The notes under the pieces are model-generated. The model did no database searches. It was not told the origin of the DNA and worked only from the letters and a program-made list of their open reading frames with translations. Source: Azolla caroliniana (Eukaryota > Plantae > Polypodiophyta). From it: DNA of 64,000 nt. Where the stretch lies: NCBI GenBank assembly GCA_043228905.1, contig JBHGNT010000020.1, forward strand, positions 4,340,001 to 4,404,000, read 5' to 3'. The first letter of the stretch is position 1, and every line of letters starts with the position of its first letter. The position numbers were made by a program, and so were the translations under genes. Positions 1 to 11,695 of the stretch are shown in pieces.

Positions 1-39
1 CTTTGGAATTCTGTTTGACCCCTGTCTGCAATATTTTCT

Positions 40-260
40 CAAACTGAGGACAAATAGTGAGTGTCTCGTTATCCTCAACAGAAATGGAGTATAAAGTGTA
101 GGATCTCAGAATGCAATGTTCCATGGAAAGACCAAGCATATCAAGCATGATCCAATGCAAGTTCAGAAAGTGAAGTTTGAGTATTGTCTGAAAACAACCA
201 ACTGTGTAGATCTCTTTATGTGGGCCATCAAACCTAAACAGACGACTAAGTTCCAGTTGT
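40..260 (+). pseudogene. Decayed Ty1/copia RNase H fragment in host intron
   Basis: Translates in pieces to VSLSSTEMEYK and NAMFHGKTKHIKH, matching the copia RNase H motifs [10 protein letters not shown] and [11 protein letters not shown]. Confidence 0.65.
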
Positions 261-849
261 GTGTTGTTCAAATGGAAGAATACCAATCAATAGGTAAGAT
301 GATCAAATTGAAAGATGTGGTAATTCCTGTTGCAGGAATTTGCTACATAAAAGATGAAACGGATTCCAAATCAAATCGGATGACATTGTTGATATAACAT
401 GCTTGGAGGTGATAGCTGGGTGTGGAAAAGCAGCAACAGTGCCACACGTGAGAACAAGAGGAAGAGTTGTATTTATCGTGGTAGGTGGATAACCATTCAC
501 ACTAACTGCCTGCTGTGTAAGAAAGAACCTTAGATGGCATTCTAAGATTAGGTCATTAACTGCAGCATCTGAGCTGTATCTACATCTCCTTATCTGAGTC
601 GTATCCAAATTTTTGCAGTTCACCTATCAAATTCGTTCTTATAATTGAGTGTTTTCTTCTTCCTATGCTGGGCTACGCACAAATTACATTCATAGTCTAT
701 GCCATCAATCTCGTCATCGTCTCAATTATTTGTATTTCACACTTTTGAAGATAACATGCAAAGTTCTTCACACCTTTATAATGCTTTGATCCTATAAATA
801 TAGATCCAGAAGCAACTTTTATGTGGAGCCTTTATCCCTCCCGTTCTAA

Positions 850-1000
850 AATGTTGAATTGCAAAAACTTCGTAAGCAAGCACTTTTGGACTTTTTCAAA
901 CTGTTTCCAAGTTGACTTGGAGATATGTCTAACAAGCTGTATTATGTATTTCGCATCCAAGAAACCAGATTGCCCCTGACAAGGACGTTTACAAACTCTT
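850..1000 (-). pseudogene. Possible decayed LINE ORF2 C-terminal fragment
   Basis: Minus-strand peptide ISKSTWKQFEKVQKCLLTKFLQ resembles the post-RT region of plant non-LTR elements; recognised by eye only. Confidence 0.35.
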
Positions 1001-1214
1001 AGACACAAACCCTAAAGAGGCTACCTGCAATCTAATCCTATTTCAGCAACAAAATACTCTATGCAGAGCTTCCAAGAAACTATCCAACTACAGTAGAAAT
1101 GAGGGGGGGAAAGCTATCAAACCTGTGTATTTTAGCACGAAAGCTTTTTGCAAGGGAATATGTTAGACTATGCCAAGAACAAATTTTCTTCTGCCGAAAG
1201 TGTTGGAGAACAAC

Positions 1215-2130
1215 CTGCACTGAATCAATCCCTTCTTTAAGAGCTCATTAGCTTGATCCTTTGTTTTTTTCTTGGGTTGCACTAACCCTGTACACGGCTG
1301 TCCTGTTAGGTGGGCTACACTTGGGCATCAATAACTTATATGATGGTCAGATTATCTTGGAGCTAACTCTCCCACAGTAGAGAATCCAAAAAACAATTGT
1401 CGGAAGCATTCGAAAACTACTTTGTTGATTCAACTTCATGTGTGCATTTTCATCCTTTGCAGTGATAAAGATCTTTTGTTAGATTAGATATAAGACTCGA
1501 GAGCTTGTCCTTTATGCACAAGTGTAACTCTTTTCTGAATATGTGTCGAACATGCATATGCCTATATAGTCAAGGCATACCCAACACCATATCTCCATCT
1601 TATAGGGGCATAGGCTTTAACTTTGATGGGAAGCTTTCTAACAACTTCACCAAGACATACCAAATTTACTTCTGCCTACAAAGATTTTTACAAGTAAAAG
1701 AACGCTTCACAAGCTTCAAGGTCAATAAAGATTATAGAAATATGGTCCTTGATCTTTCCCCAAGCTCTGGGAAGTTAGTGACTTCTTTTCCTTCATAAAT
1801 ATACAATTCAGTTCTTCCATCAAAAGTTTTCTTTCTTTAAATGACTTCCCAATGGAAAACTTATTCTTCATCCTTTGCCTTGATCAGAATTCACTTAAAT
1901 GGATTCTTGTACTTTTAAAGTATTTTGCAACTGGAATCTTGATGACCATTGGACCATTTACTTGAAAAATTCCTCAGTTCTTATTGGGACTCTATTTAGC
2001 TCGCTTTAAATCTAACTGCACTTCCATGCAACCAATTGTCCATGGTTGCATTCTCTACCAATTTGGCAATGTTTATCCCATTTGCCTCCATATCATCGTT
2101 CCTACTTCTTTCGAGAACCATGCCCTAATT
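1215..2130 (-). pseudogene. Highly decayed Ty3/gypsy protease/RT-start remnant
   Basis: Minus strand gives DMVLGMP* (~1570-1593, gypsy protease motif D.VLG.PW) and, downstream, YRVS...NELLKKGLIQ (~1220-1295, gypsy RT N-terminus). Many stops. Confidence 0.5.
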
Positions 2131-2602
2131 CATTGTCAAAAGAATTAGTGACTATTTCTTCCGTGGAAAGGAAGTATGGAGGTATCATCTGTCTTATCCG
2201 ATAAAATTGAAATAATGAAGGGACGATTAATTAACATGGTCTATGCACCATAAGAAGGACAACAGGGACAAACTGACTTGATCAATTTGGAACAATAGAG
2301 TGAAGATTATCATGGCCCTCATAGAAGACAGGAACTCCCCACCTCTCCGTCTCTCTAATTGGTTTCAGAGTGTTACGAGGTTGTACTACGTTTCAACAAT
2401 CCTAAGAACATAGAACGACCATAGGCATGAAAGGCCACATACATAGATCATGATGAAACGAGTTTAGTGTCTCATTTCAGAGTTTAGTTCAGCTTATTTT
2501 TCTGTGAGGGAGATTTGATTTATAGCAACTAGTGGTACCATACATAGATCGCATTATTCAACCCTCCTGACATTAAATTATCACCACCACCATCATTATC
2601 AA

Positions 2603-2631
2603 CTATCTATCTATCTATCTATCTATCTATC
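2603..2631. repeat. (CTAT)n microsatellite just inside intron 1
   Basis: ctatctatctat... run of about 7 units. Confidence 0.9.
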
Positions 2632-2644
2632 TCTAATTACATAC

Positions 2645-3170
2645 CTAGCTGAGTCGAATTTTTGGACCCATACAAGTGAACCATGAGCCGAGCAGTACGC
2701 AAGCTAAAGAAATGTGAAATGGAGAGTGTCCGTTGAAGCTCATTGTCGTCGATCAGTCCACTACCATCTCTATCAGCGCCTTGAAAAGCTTGTATGATTT
2801 CGGGGTCTGTACCAGGAGGAAACAAGGATTGGGCATAAAAAGGCGGAGGCGCACCATAAGAGAGGGGAGGGTAGGAAGCATCTCCTATGGGGCTAAGATA
2901 AGCAGCTGGAGGAGGAGGAGGAGGGGCTCCCCATGGTTGTGCAGTGTAGGGTTGTGAATATGGGGCTGGAGCTGGGGTTGCATACAAAGACGGGGGAGCA
3001 GAGGAGGAGGGGGGTGCTGCAGGGTATGGATACGCAAATGGGGGATGCTGTTGCTGTTGCTGTTGCTCTTGCTCTTGCCATCGCCATGTTGATGGCGATG
3101 GCGATGGCGATGGCGATGATGATGGGATGGGCGGTGCAGAGGGAGCAGCTGAAGAACCTGGGCGATACAT
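2645..3170 (-). CDS. Exon 1 of a penta-EF-hand calcium-binding protein (CML49/CML50, ALG-2/peflin-like)
   Basis: ATG at 3170 (MYRPGSS...). Pro/Tyr/Gln-rich N-terminus, then LFPPGTDPEIIQAFQGADRDGSGLIDDNELQRTLS...FSLRTARLMVHLY, i.e. EF-hand 1 of plant PEF proteins. Ends at a phase-1 donor AG|GTATGT at 2645/2644. Exon 2 was not found in the window. Confidence 0.9.
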
Positions 3171-3312
3171 CTCTCTCTCTCTCTCTCTTCTTTTCTTTTC
3201 TTTTCTTATGAGGCAGCAGCAAGAACAAGAAACAGAGGAGATAGGAAAAAGGAAGGAGAAGAAGAAGCGAGAGGAATAGAAATACATACATACATTCTCG
3301 TTCATTCATTAC

Positions 3313-3339
3313 TACATACATACATACATACATACATAC
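3313..3339. repeat. (CATA)n microsatellite in the 5' region of the PEF gene
   Basis: tacatacatacata... run; a (CT)n run also abuts the ATG at 3170-3188. Confidence 0.85.
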
Positions 3340-3396
3340 AAGTGCACGAAGCCGGATCGTCGGATCGACCGGAATCCGACATGCCATTCCTATTTT

Positions 3397-3596
3397 TGTA
3401 ATAGGAATATTATAGATAAATTAGTGTCAGCGCTCATAAGTGAGCATTAAAATACTAGTCTGTACTTGTGTCAGCCCATGTCAGTAAGTGAGCATTAAAA
3501 TACTAGTCTGTACTTGTGTCAGCCCATGTCAGCTGCTCGTATATAAAGTGCTCTATGAACACATTTGTATGTATTCAGCATTATTTTGTAATAGAA

Positions 3597-3640
<44 letters not shown>

Positions 3641-4339
3641 GAGTACTTGTCTCCCACACTCATTCTCTGTGTTTTACCTAACTGTCTATTGTTTGCCGGT
3701 TGAGCCGACTGCTTGTGTTAGCTTCCGCACTTTAACTTTTACATGGTACCAAAGCACGAGGGTTGAGAATAATCCTCTGCAGACGATAATCGCTTTAACA
3801 CAAACAAGGCGAATATCTTTCGGACATAATTCGACAAGAACATGGATAGAGGAATGGGCGGCTCATTGCAGTCAGAAAAACTTAACAAAAGAAATTATGC
3901 ATCTTGGGCATACAAAATGCATCAGTACCTACTTGGACACGACTATTGGAGCTAGGTGGATGGAGCAAACGATGTAGCACCGGAGCTGACACATAGGGAG
4001 TTCTCGACCTGGGAGCAAGCATCAAGGCGTATCTTGTACTGCTTTGCGTTTTGTGTGAACAATCAAATGCTCGGCTACATCCGGGGCACCAAAAGGCTAA
4101 AGGAATCTTGGGGGAAATTGAAGAAGATTTTTGCTGCAAGCACAACGACGATGAAGATGCAGCTTAGACAGGGGTTGGACAACATCTGACAAAGAGATAT
4201 ATTAGTGGCCGACTACACCTCCAAGGTAAAGGAGATCTCTGACACGCTCGGGTCCATCAATGTGATGGTTGATGAGAACGAAATGGTGCATGTCTGCATC
4301 GGAGGTCTGGCACAAAGGTTTGGATCATTCTGAATGGCA
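3397..4339 (+). mobile_element. Copia element A: 5' LTR, PBS and truncated gag
   Basis: LTR TG(3397)...CA(3743) with TATA near 3540 and a 48-bp tandem duplication (3441-3532). Degenerate iMet PBS tggtaccaaagc at 3744-3755. Frameshifted gag from 3842 (MDRGMGGSL...). Interrupted at 4340. Confidence 0.8.
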
Positions 4340-5544
4340 TGTTGATAATCAAGCTCAACCTAATGCAACGTGTGAACACACCCTTTGAGAATCTATGATC
4401 ACTCAAAGGTCAAGTGTCACACCACTACTCTCTACACATTAACTATGTGTCATGAATCATGATATTCTATGACATATAACTAATGAGTTTCATATTCCCC
4501 ATGACTAATGAGTCTTCACATTCCCAAGAGAGAGTGATTGTTGTAGTGAGTTAATGAAGAGAGAGGGTGGCCTTATATAAAGCACCCTCCTCCTACTTCA
4601 TAGAGTGTTGGTTGTGACTCCTTGTAATGCTACATTTTGTATTTGCTATTCTCCTCGTTAATATACACCTTCTTCTTTAGTACATTTTTGCTTTCATCTA
4701 TTCATCTTGTGTTTTCTCTTCTCTCGTCTCTTTCCTCTCACACATACACATAACACACATCTCTCCCAGTGCACAAGAATCATATTAGACTCTTTACATG
4801 GTATCAGAGCGATTTGGTAGCTTGATCTAGCCCATTTGACATTCGAGAAGAACCGTTCCATCGCCATCATAGTGCTACTACATAGCTTGTGTTTGAGAGA
4901 GAAGGAAAGAAAGAAAGAAAGCTTAATCGATATAATGAATACTCAAATGGGGAGTGCTCTCCCTAGCGAGAAGTTAGATAGAAACAACTTTGCATCTTGG
5001 GAGTACAAGATGCACCAATACCTTGTCGATCAAGGATATTGGAGCTACATCAAAGGAGCACAAGAAAATCGACCCGACCCGAAAGACGCTGACTACTCAA
5101 CATGGGAGCAATCGGCAAGCCGAGTGATGAATTGTTTGGTGACATGTGTTCATGACCACATGCTCAGCTACATTCAAGAAGTCGAGTTGTTGAAAGAAAT
5201 GTGGGAGAATCTACAAAAGATTTTCGCGGCCAACACAACCGCAAGAAAGCTTCAACTCCGCCAATAGTTGAACAACATCCAACAAAGAGATATGTCCATG
5301 ACAAGCTACACCTTCAAGATCAAGGACCTTTGTGACTTGCTTGACTTGATAAACATCAATGTGGGGGATGATGAGATGGTGCAAATATGCCTCGGCGGCC
5401 TTGCATCACGGTTCGGCGCAATGAGAACCACCTTCTTTGATCTTCAATCCATGTTGTTGGTTGAAGAAAACCATGTTCGAACAAGGAGCAATGCCTCGGA
5501 AGGCCACATGCTCTACACACATTCGAACAGAGGAAGAGGACGTG
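4340..5544 (+). mobile_element. Copia element B1: 5' LTR, PBS and truncated gag
   Basis: LTR 4340-4798 (tgttga...ttaca). Perfect PBS tggtatcagagc at 4799-4810. Gag MNTQMGSALPSEKLDRNN from 4935, with a stop at 5265-5267. Interrupted at about 5545. Confidence 0.88.
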
Positions 5545-5814
5545 TGTTAGATATAATCAATGATCAGCCCCAAGTTGTCAATCTAACCCCATATTTGCTC
5601 TTAGAGTGCACATTTTGTGATAGCGCCCCAAATGAGGAGCGGCTAGTGTGCAACTCGACCATATGGGTCGATGATGTGTTAATTTAGGAAACCATGGATG
5701 CGTAGGATACAATAGATTTAGGAAAGAGCGAAATAGGTAATAGGATTGGCTAATCAAGTCAACTAGAATCTTTTGTGGGCAAGTTACAATGCACTTAGTC
5801 TTGAAGTATGCGCC
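5545..5814. mobile_element. Probable LTR fragment of an unassigned family, inserted into B1 gag
   Basis: Gag similarity stops abruptly at tgttag (5545); non-coding sequence follows until the next LTR begins at 5815. Confidence 0.4.
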
Positions 5815-6030
5815 TGTTGAGAATTAAGCTCAACATAGCACGTGTGAACACACCTTTTGAGAATCTATGATTACTTAAAGGTCAAGAGTCACACCACTAC
5901 TTTCTACACATTAACTATGTGTCATAGTGTGAAAATGAAGGTGTGGAAGCGTTAGACAACCGACTAGCCGAATAGCAACAAAGAGAGAGAGAGAGATTAA
6001 CACGCAGGAGAGACAGAGAAAGAGTAGAAC

Positions 6031-9000
6031 TGTAGAAAGTAACGTGCGGAAGCAAGTATGAAGACCGAACAGAAGGAAGGAAACTCAGGTTTAATGGAGA
6101 GCTTGAGCTTACATAGTATACGCGGGAGAGACAGAGAGAGTGAGAGAGAAGACACAAAAAACTATGTTCAACAATAATACTCAGTCTGTACATAAGACGT
6201 GCTTAGTGAACATTTTTATACAAGTCCTAGAAGGAATGACCGAAGTACTGACAATACTTCAATGCTCATCAAAAGCTCCTACACTAACTCCCAAATATAT
6301 TCCTCACGGAATATCTTTCCTAACGACCTCCCGGTGTACGCACTCGGCCTAACCGATCGGTCCCAACCGATCCAGTCCTCGGCTTCTTCAGCCGAACCGG
6401 CCGATGTTGAGCTTGTCTCTCAACACTCCCCCTCAAGCTCAACTCGAGGCTCTTCGGGATCCTCGGGCTCACAGCTCCGGTTCCTCCTGGCTTCACGCCT
6501 CGCTCGCGCTCCTCGACCTGTTCGACTCCGCGCGTTTCGACCCTTCCGGTCAGCTCGTCTGCTCATGCGGCCCTTATTAGCTCTTCTGTTGTTGCGGTGT
6601 GGACACTTCTTCTGCTACCTTTTCTTCCGCTTGGGCCTCGGTTGATTCAACGTGTCTGAATCAAACATCCGAACCGACTTGGCTACCTCCGATCAGTTTT
6701 CGCTCTCGTCCGAGTTGGCTGTCTCCAACTCGTCTTCGGTCTTCTCGCCTTCGATGGCGTCATCTTCCCCATGCTTCGGCTCTATCCTTCGGTTGCTCCC
6801 CTTCTGTCTGCTTCCGAACTTTTCCGCGGGTCCGCCCTCGGCTTCTTCAGCCGATCCGATGTCGAACTTGTCAACCGACTCGGTGTCGCGGTGTCCGCTC
6901 CTTTCCTACTGCCTTGCTTGGTCGTTCGGGACTGTTCTCCCCCTCAAGTATGGCACGTCAAGGTGACGCAACCCGAGCGCACCTGAGAATTGCCGCAACT
7001 TGTCCAGACCAAGAGGCTTGGTGAAGATGTCGGCAGTTTACCGAGCCGTCGGCACGTACTGAAGTTCGACTTCACCGGAAAGGACACGCTCACGGACGAA
7101 ATGGTAGTGCACCTCAATGTGCTTGGTCCGTGCATGGAAAACGGGGTTCTTCGCGAGCTGGATGCTGCTGAGGTTGTCACAGTAGATCGTCGTTGGATCG
7201 GTCACCTCCTCTTGCAGGTCCTTAAGTAGCCGCTTCAACCATATGGCTTCGCATGTCGCGACAGCCGCTCCTCGGTACTTAGCTTCGGTGCTCGACAAAG
7301 CAACTGTCGGCTGCTTCTTACTGCACCACGCGATCACGGCACTCCCGAGGGAGAACGCGTATCCAGATGTGGATTGGCGATCGACGGTGTTGCCAGCCCA
7401 ATCAGCATCGGTGTAGCCGACTAACTACGCGGCTGCACCGGTCTGATATAGCAGTCTGCGGTCCTTAGTGCCGCTTACGTACCAAAGTACGCGTTGCGCA
7501 CACTAAAGGTGCTCCTCGGTAGGTCGCGCCATGAACTGACTGATCACTCCGACCCGATAACTGAGGTTGGGTCGGGTGATGGTCAAGTATATGAGGCTAT
7601 CGACAATTTGTCGGAACCTTGTCGGGTCACATACCTTTCCCATATCAGGACGAAGCTTGACGGTTCTGTCTAGAGGAGTTGAGATGGACTTACAGTCGGC
7701 CATGCTGAGTTTGAAGAGCATACTCAGCACGTAATGACGTTGGCTGATCAATATGCCTTCGGGGGTACGGATCACTTCGATCCCGAGGAAGTAATGAAGG
7801 TCCCCCAGATCCTTCATGTCGAACGATGCCGCAAGCTGGAGCTTCACGTGGTCGATTTCACCTAGGTCGGCGCCGGTGATGACCAAGTCATCAACATATA
7901 GTAAAATACTAACCGGTCCGAGTCGACCTTTCCGGATGAACAAGGAAGAGTCCGATTTTGATGTGACGAAGCCCAACCGACGCAGTTGTTGCGTGATCTT
8001 CGCGTTCCAGGCACGCGGGGCTTGCTTTAGTCCGGAAAGGGACTTCTTCAGTCGGCATATTGCCGAGGAGTTCGTTCTAGAGTGAAATCCGGGGGGTTGT
8101 ACCATGTACACCTGTTCCTCAAGGTCACCTTGCAGGAACGCATTCTTTACATCCATCTGATGTACATGCCACCCCTTGGCCGCGGCTACTGCGAGCAAAA
8201 CACGGACGGTCTTCATTTTCGTGACCGACGCAAACGTCTCATCGTAGTTGATGCCGTGTTTCTGCGCGTAGCCCTTTGCCACTAGCCGAGCCTTGTACCG
8301 GTTGACCGAGCCATCGGTGTTGTACTTGACTTTGTACACCCATCTACACCCAATCGGCTTCACACCCTTCGGTGCGTCAACCAGGTCCCAGGTCTCGTTC
8401 TTCGCCAATGCGTGCATCTCTTCCTCCATCGCGGCGCGCCAATTCGCGTCCTTCGCCGCTTCTGCGTAGCTCTCCGGCTCACGCACTTCTGCTACACGGG
8501 TCATGTACGCATAATGATGCGCCATGTACTCGTTGTATCTGAACCGCAAAACAGGATTCTTCTGGCGGGTAGATCAGCGTAATCTCACATTAGCCGATGT
8601 CGAGGCCTTCTCAGTCGACGCGGTCTTCATATTTAAAGACCTGTCACCGGTTCCCTCGGAGTCAGACTCACGTCGGTCCGACTCGTTCCTTTCCGTGCTG
8701 GAATCCGACACCTTCTTCTTCCCTTTCTCTTTGCGCGTAAGCCGTCTCCTCGGCTTCCTGCGCGGGGAATGCACGACCGAGTCTCCACTACTCGCCGGCT
8801 CTTCATCGGACTGGTCGTACCGACTCAGTCGTCCAATCGGTCCACTTAACCGGAGTGAAATCGGACTCTCTTCGCGGGTCTCGATTTCGGGCTCATTCGG
8901 AGGCATCTCGGCCTCGCTGATCTCATCGTCAGAGCTCGGATTGGAGTCGAGGTTCGTAGTCGGGGGCAGGTACCAGGACGCGGACTCGTCAAACACAACG

Positions 9001-11695
9001 TCGCGGCTGACACACGCTTGTTTGGTGCGAGGGTTATAGCACTTATAACCCTTCTGCTCGTCCGAGTAACCGACCAAGATGCATTTCTCGGCCTTTGCGT
9101 CCAACTTCCTCCTTTTCTCCTTCGGAATATGCACATACGCAATGCTACTGAACACCCTCAAGTGTCGCAAGTTCGGCTTCGTTCCGAAATATAGCTCGTG
9201 CGCCGACACTTTGTCTCCAATCCGGTTCTGGATGTATACCGCGGTCCTTACCGCCTCGGCCCAGTAGAACTTGGGCAAGCTCTTCTCCTCCAGCATTGTC
9301 CGTGCCGCTTCCACAACTGACCAATTCTTCCTCTCGGCCACGCCGTTCTGCTCTGGCGTGTATCTACAACTGAATTCGCGCCGAATTCCCATTTGTTGTA
9401 GATAACCGTTGAATTGACCGGAAAAGTACTCTTTCCTGCCATCCGACCGCAGGCACTTGATCTTTCGTCCCGTTTCCATTTCCACGAACCCTTTGAGGTC
9501 ACGGAAACAGTCGAAGACTTCGCTCTTCCTCTCAATGAGGTAGATCCACGTGTGGTCGTCGATGAAGGAGACGAAATATCGGCTCCCGCCAAGACTAACG
9601 TTTTGTGCCAGCCCCTAGACATCGGAGTGTATAAGGTCGAGCTTGTTCCGGCTCCGGTTTCACCCGTTTGGGAAAGGAAGTCGGTGTTGCTTCCCGAGCT
9701 AGCAGGCTTCACAAATTTGTGCCTTTCGGCCACTAAATTTGGGCAATCCGGACACTACCTGTTTCGATTGCAGATCTTGAAGCCGCTGGTAGTTGACGTG
9801 GCCTATTCGCTTGTGCCACAAGTTGATGTCCAACTCGGTCTTTTGTCCCTTCGCGAACATTGTGGTGCCGCCGTCAGTGGAGTCGAGGATGAACATCCTC
9901 CCGTCTCTGCACCCTTGCGCAATCACACGGCCTTTTTCCTCAATGAAGCACCCGAGGTGTGTAAACCGAACCTCCATCCCTTGGTCGACGATCTGTCCGA
10001 CGGAGACCAAGTTTTTCGTGATTGTTGGGACGTGCAGCACGTTCATGAGTTTCCCTTTCTGCCCGACATGGCTGAGGGGAACTTCTCCGACATTCGCGAT
10101 TGGATGCGGAGTGTCGTCTCCTGTTGCGACTACTCTAGGTTCTATCGGTTTTTCAAGGTACGAGAACCATTCCTTATGGCTCGTCATGTGGTTTGATGCG
10201 CCGGAGTCTACGTACCACACCTCGTCCGATCCCGGGGTGCTTTGTTTCATTGAGTTTGCTTCGTGTCTCATCACGAAGGCAGGCCCTTCTCCGGCTCTCC
10301 TGGAGTCTTCGGCGTAGTGCGATCGCTGCCGATTTCCCTTGTCGGTATGTCTGGAGTAGTTTCCAAAACCAGTTCTCTCCGAATCGGCGCGCTTCTTCCA
10401 GCACTCACTTTCCCTGTGGCCTTTCTTGCCATAGTACCAGCACTCCGCGATGGCCTTCCCTTGCCGGTTCTCATCGCTTCGACTCCCCCTATTTCCGGAG
10501 GGTCCGGAGTTGCTGTCGGCATCACTTCGGTGCCTTCTTCCTTGATCTCGTCGGCCGCTTCCATTGCGTACCGACTTGCCTCATCTGCCACGACCACGGG
10601 GCCTTTCTCCCTCCGTGTACAACATCTTGTTGTCGATGTGCGTGCTCGTCGACGCACCCGCGTGGTTCTCCTCTACCAGGAGCATCGACTGTAAGTCGAA
10701 AAAGGACGGCGTATTCTCCCGGGTACACACAACCGTTTGGAACGCTCCGAACTTCAACGCCAAACCTCCGAGACAGATCTGGACCATCTCGCTCTCCTCA
10801 ATGTTCACCTCTATGGAGGCGAGGGAGTCGCAGATATCCTTGATCTTCGGGGTATAGTCCGCCACCGACAAGTTGCGTTGTCGTAGGTTGCTCAACTCCT
10901 GTTAGAGCTGAAGCTTCTTGGCTGTGGTGCTCGCGGCGAAAATCTTCGTCAAATTTTCCCACGCACCCTTCGGTGTCTTTGCATCCCGAACATAGCTCAG
11001 TAGTTGTTCGCCCACACACGACGCGAAGCAGTACAATACCCTGCTCGCTGATTGCTCCCACGACGAGAAGTCTCTGTGTGTCGATTCGGGTGCCACGTCA
11101 TTAGCTCCTTCAACATAACTCCAGTAGTCGTGCCCGAGCAGGTACTGGTGCATCTTGTAGGACCAAGACGCGTAGTTGGTTCTGTCGAGCTTCTCTGTTG
11201 GAAGCGAGCTCGCCATGCCTCTATCCATCGTTCTTCTCGTTCTTATTCGTCAAGCTGTGTCGGCTGTAGAGAGGTTCTCAACCCTCGCGCTCTGATACCA
11301 TGTAGAAAGTAACGTGCGGAAGCAAGTATGAAGACCGAACAGAAGGAAGGAAACTCAGTTTTAATGGAGAGCTTGAGCTTACACGGTATACGCGGGAGAG
11401 ACAGAGAGAGTAAGAGAGAAGACACAAAAAACTATGTTCAACAATAATACTCAGTCTGTACATAAGACGTGCTCAATGAACATTTTTATACAAGTCCTAA
11501 AAGGACTGACCAAAGTACTGATAGTACTTCAATGCTCATCAAGAGCTCCTACACTAACTCCCAAATATATTCCTCACGGAATATCTTTCCTAACGACCTC
11601 CCGGTGTACGCACTTGGCCTAACCGATCGGTCCCAACCGATCCGGTCCTTGGCTTCTTCAGCCGAACCGGCCGATGTTGAGCTTGTCTCTCAACA
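6031..11695 (-). mobile_element. Copia element D, structurally complete but ORF-disrupted
   Basis: TSD AGAAC at 6026-6030 and 11696-11700. 395-bp LTRs at 6031-6425 and 11301-11695, with about 15 substitutions by manual count. PBS 11289-11300, PPT 6426-6437. Gag 11228, PR (DSGAS), INT, RT 7503-8549 (YVDD), RH 7038-7337. Confidence 0.96.

Noticed and set aside
1-2644. Downstream exons of the PEF gene
   Set aside because: The expected GPxEF...LQ.WR exon was not found on the minus strand, so it probably lies left of the window.
3171-3305. N-terminal extension of the 222-aa ORF (start at 3305)
   Set aside because: It is translated microsatellite and low-complexity leader; ATG 3170 is the plausible start.
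9414-10843. Long plus-strand ORFs (260 and 216 aa) and many similar ones elsewhere
   Set aside because: They are antisense or off-frame shadows of GC-rich gag-pol with no recognisable motifs.
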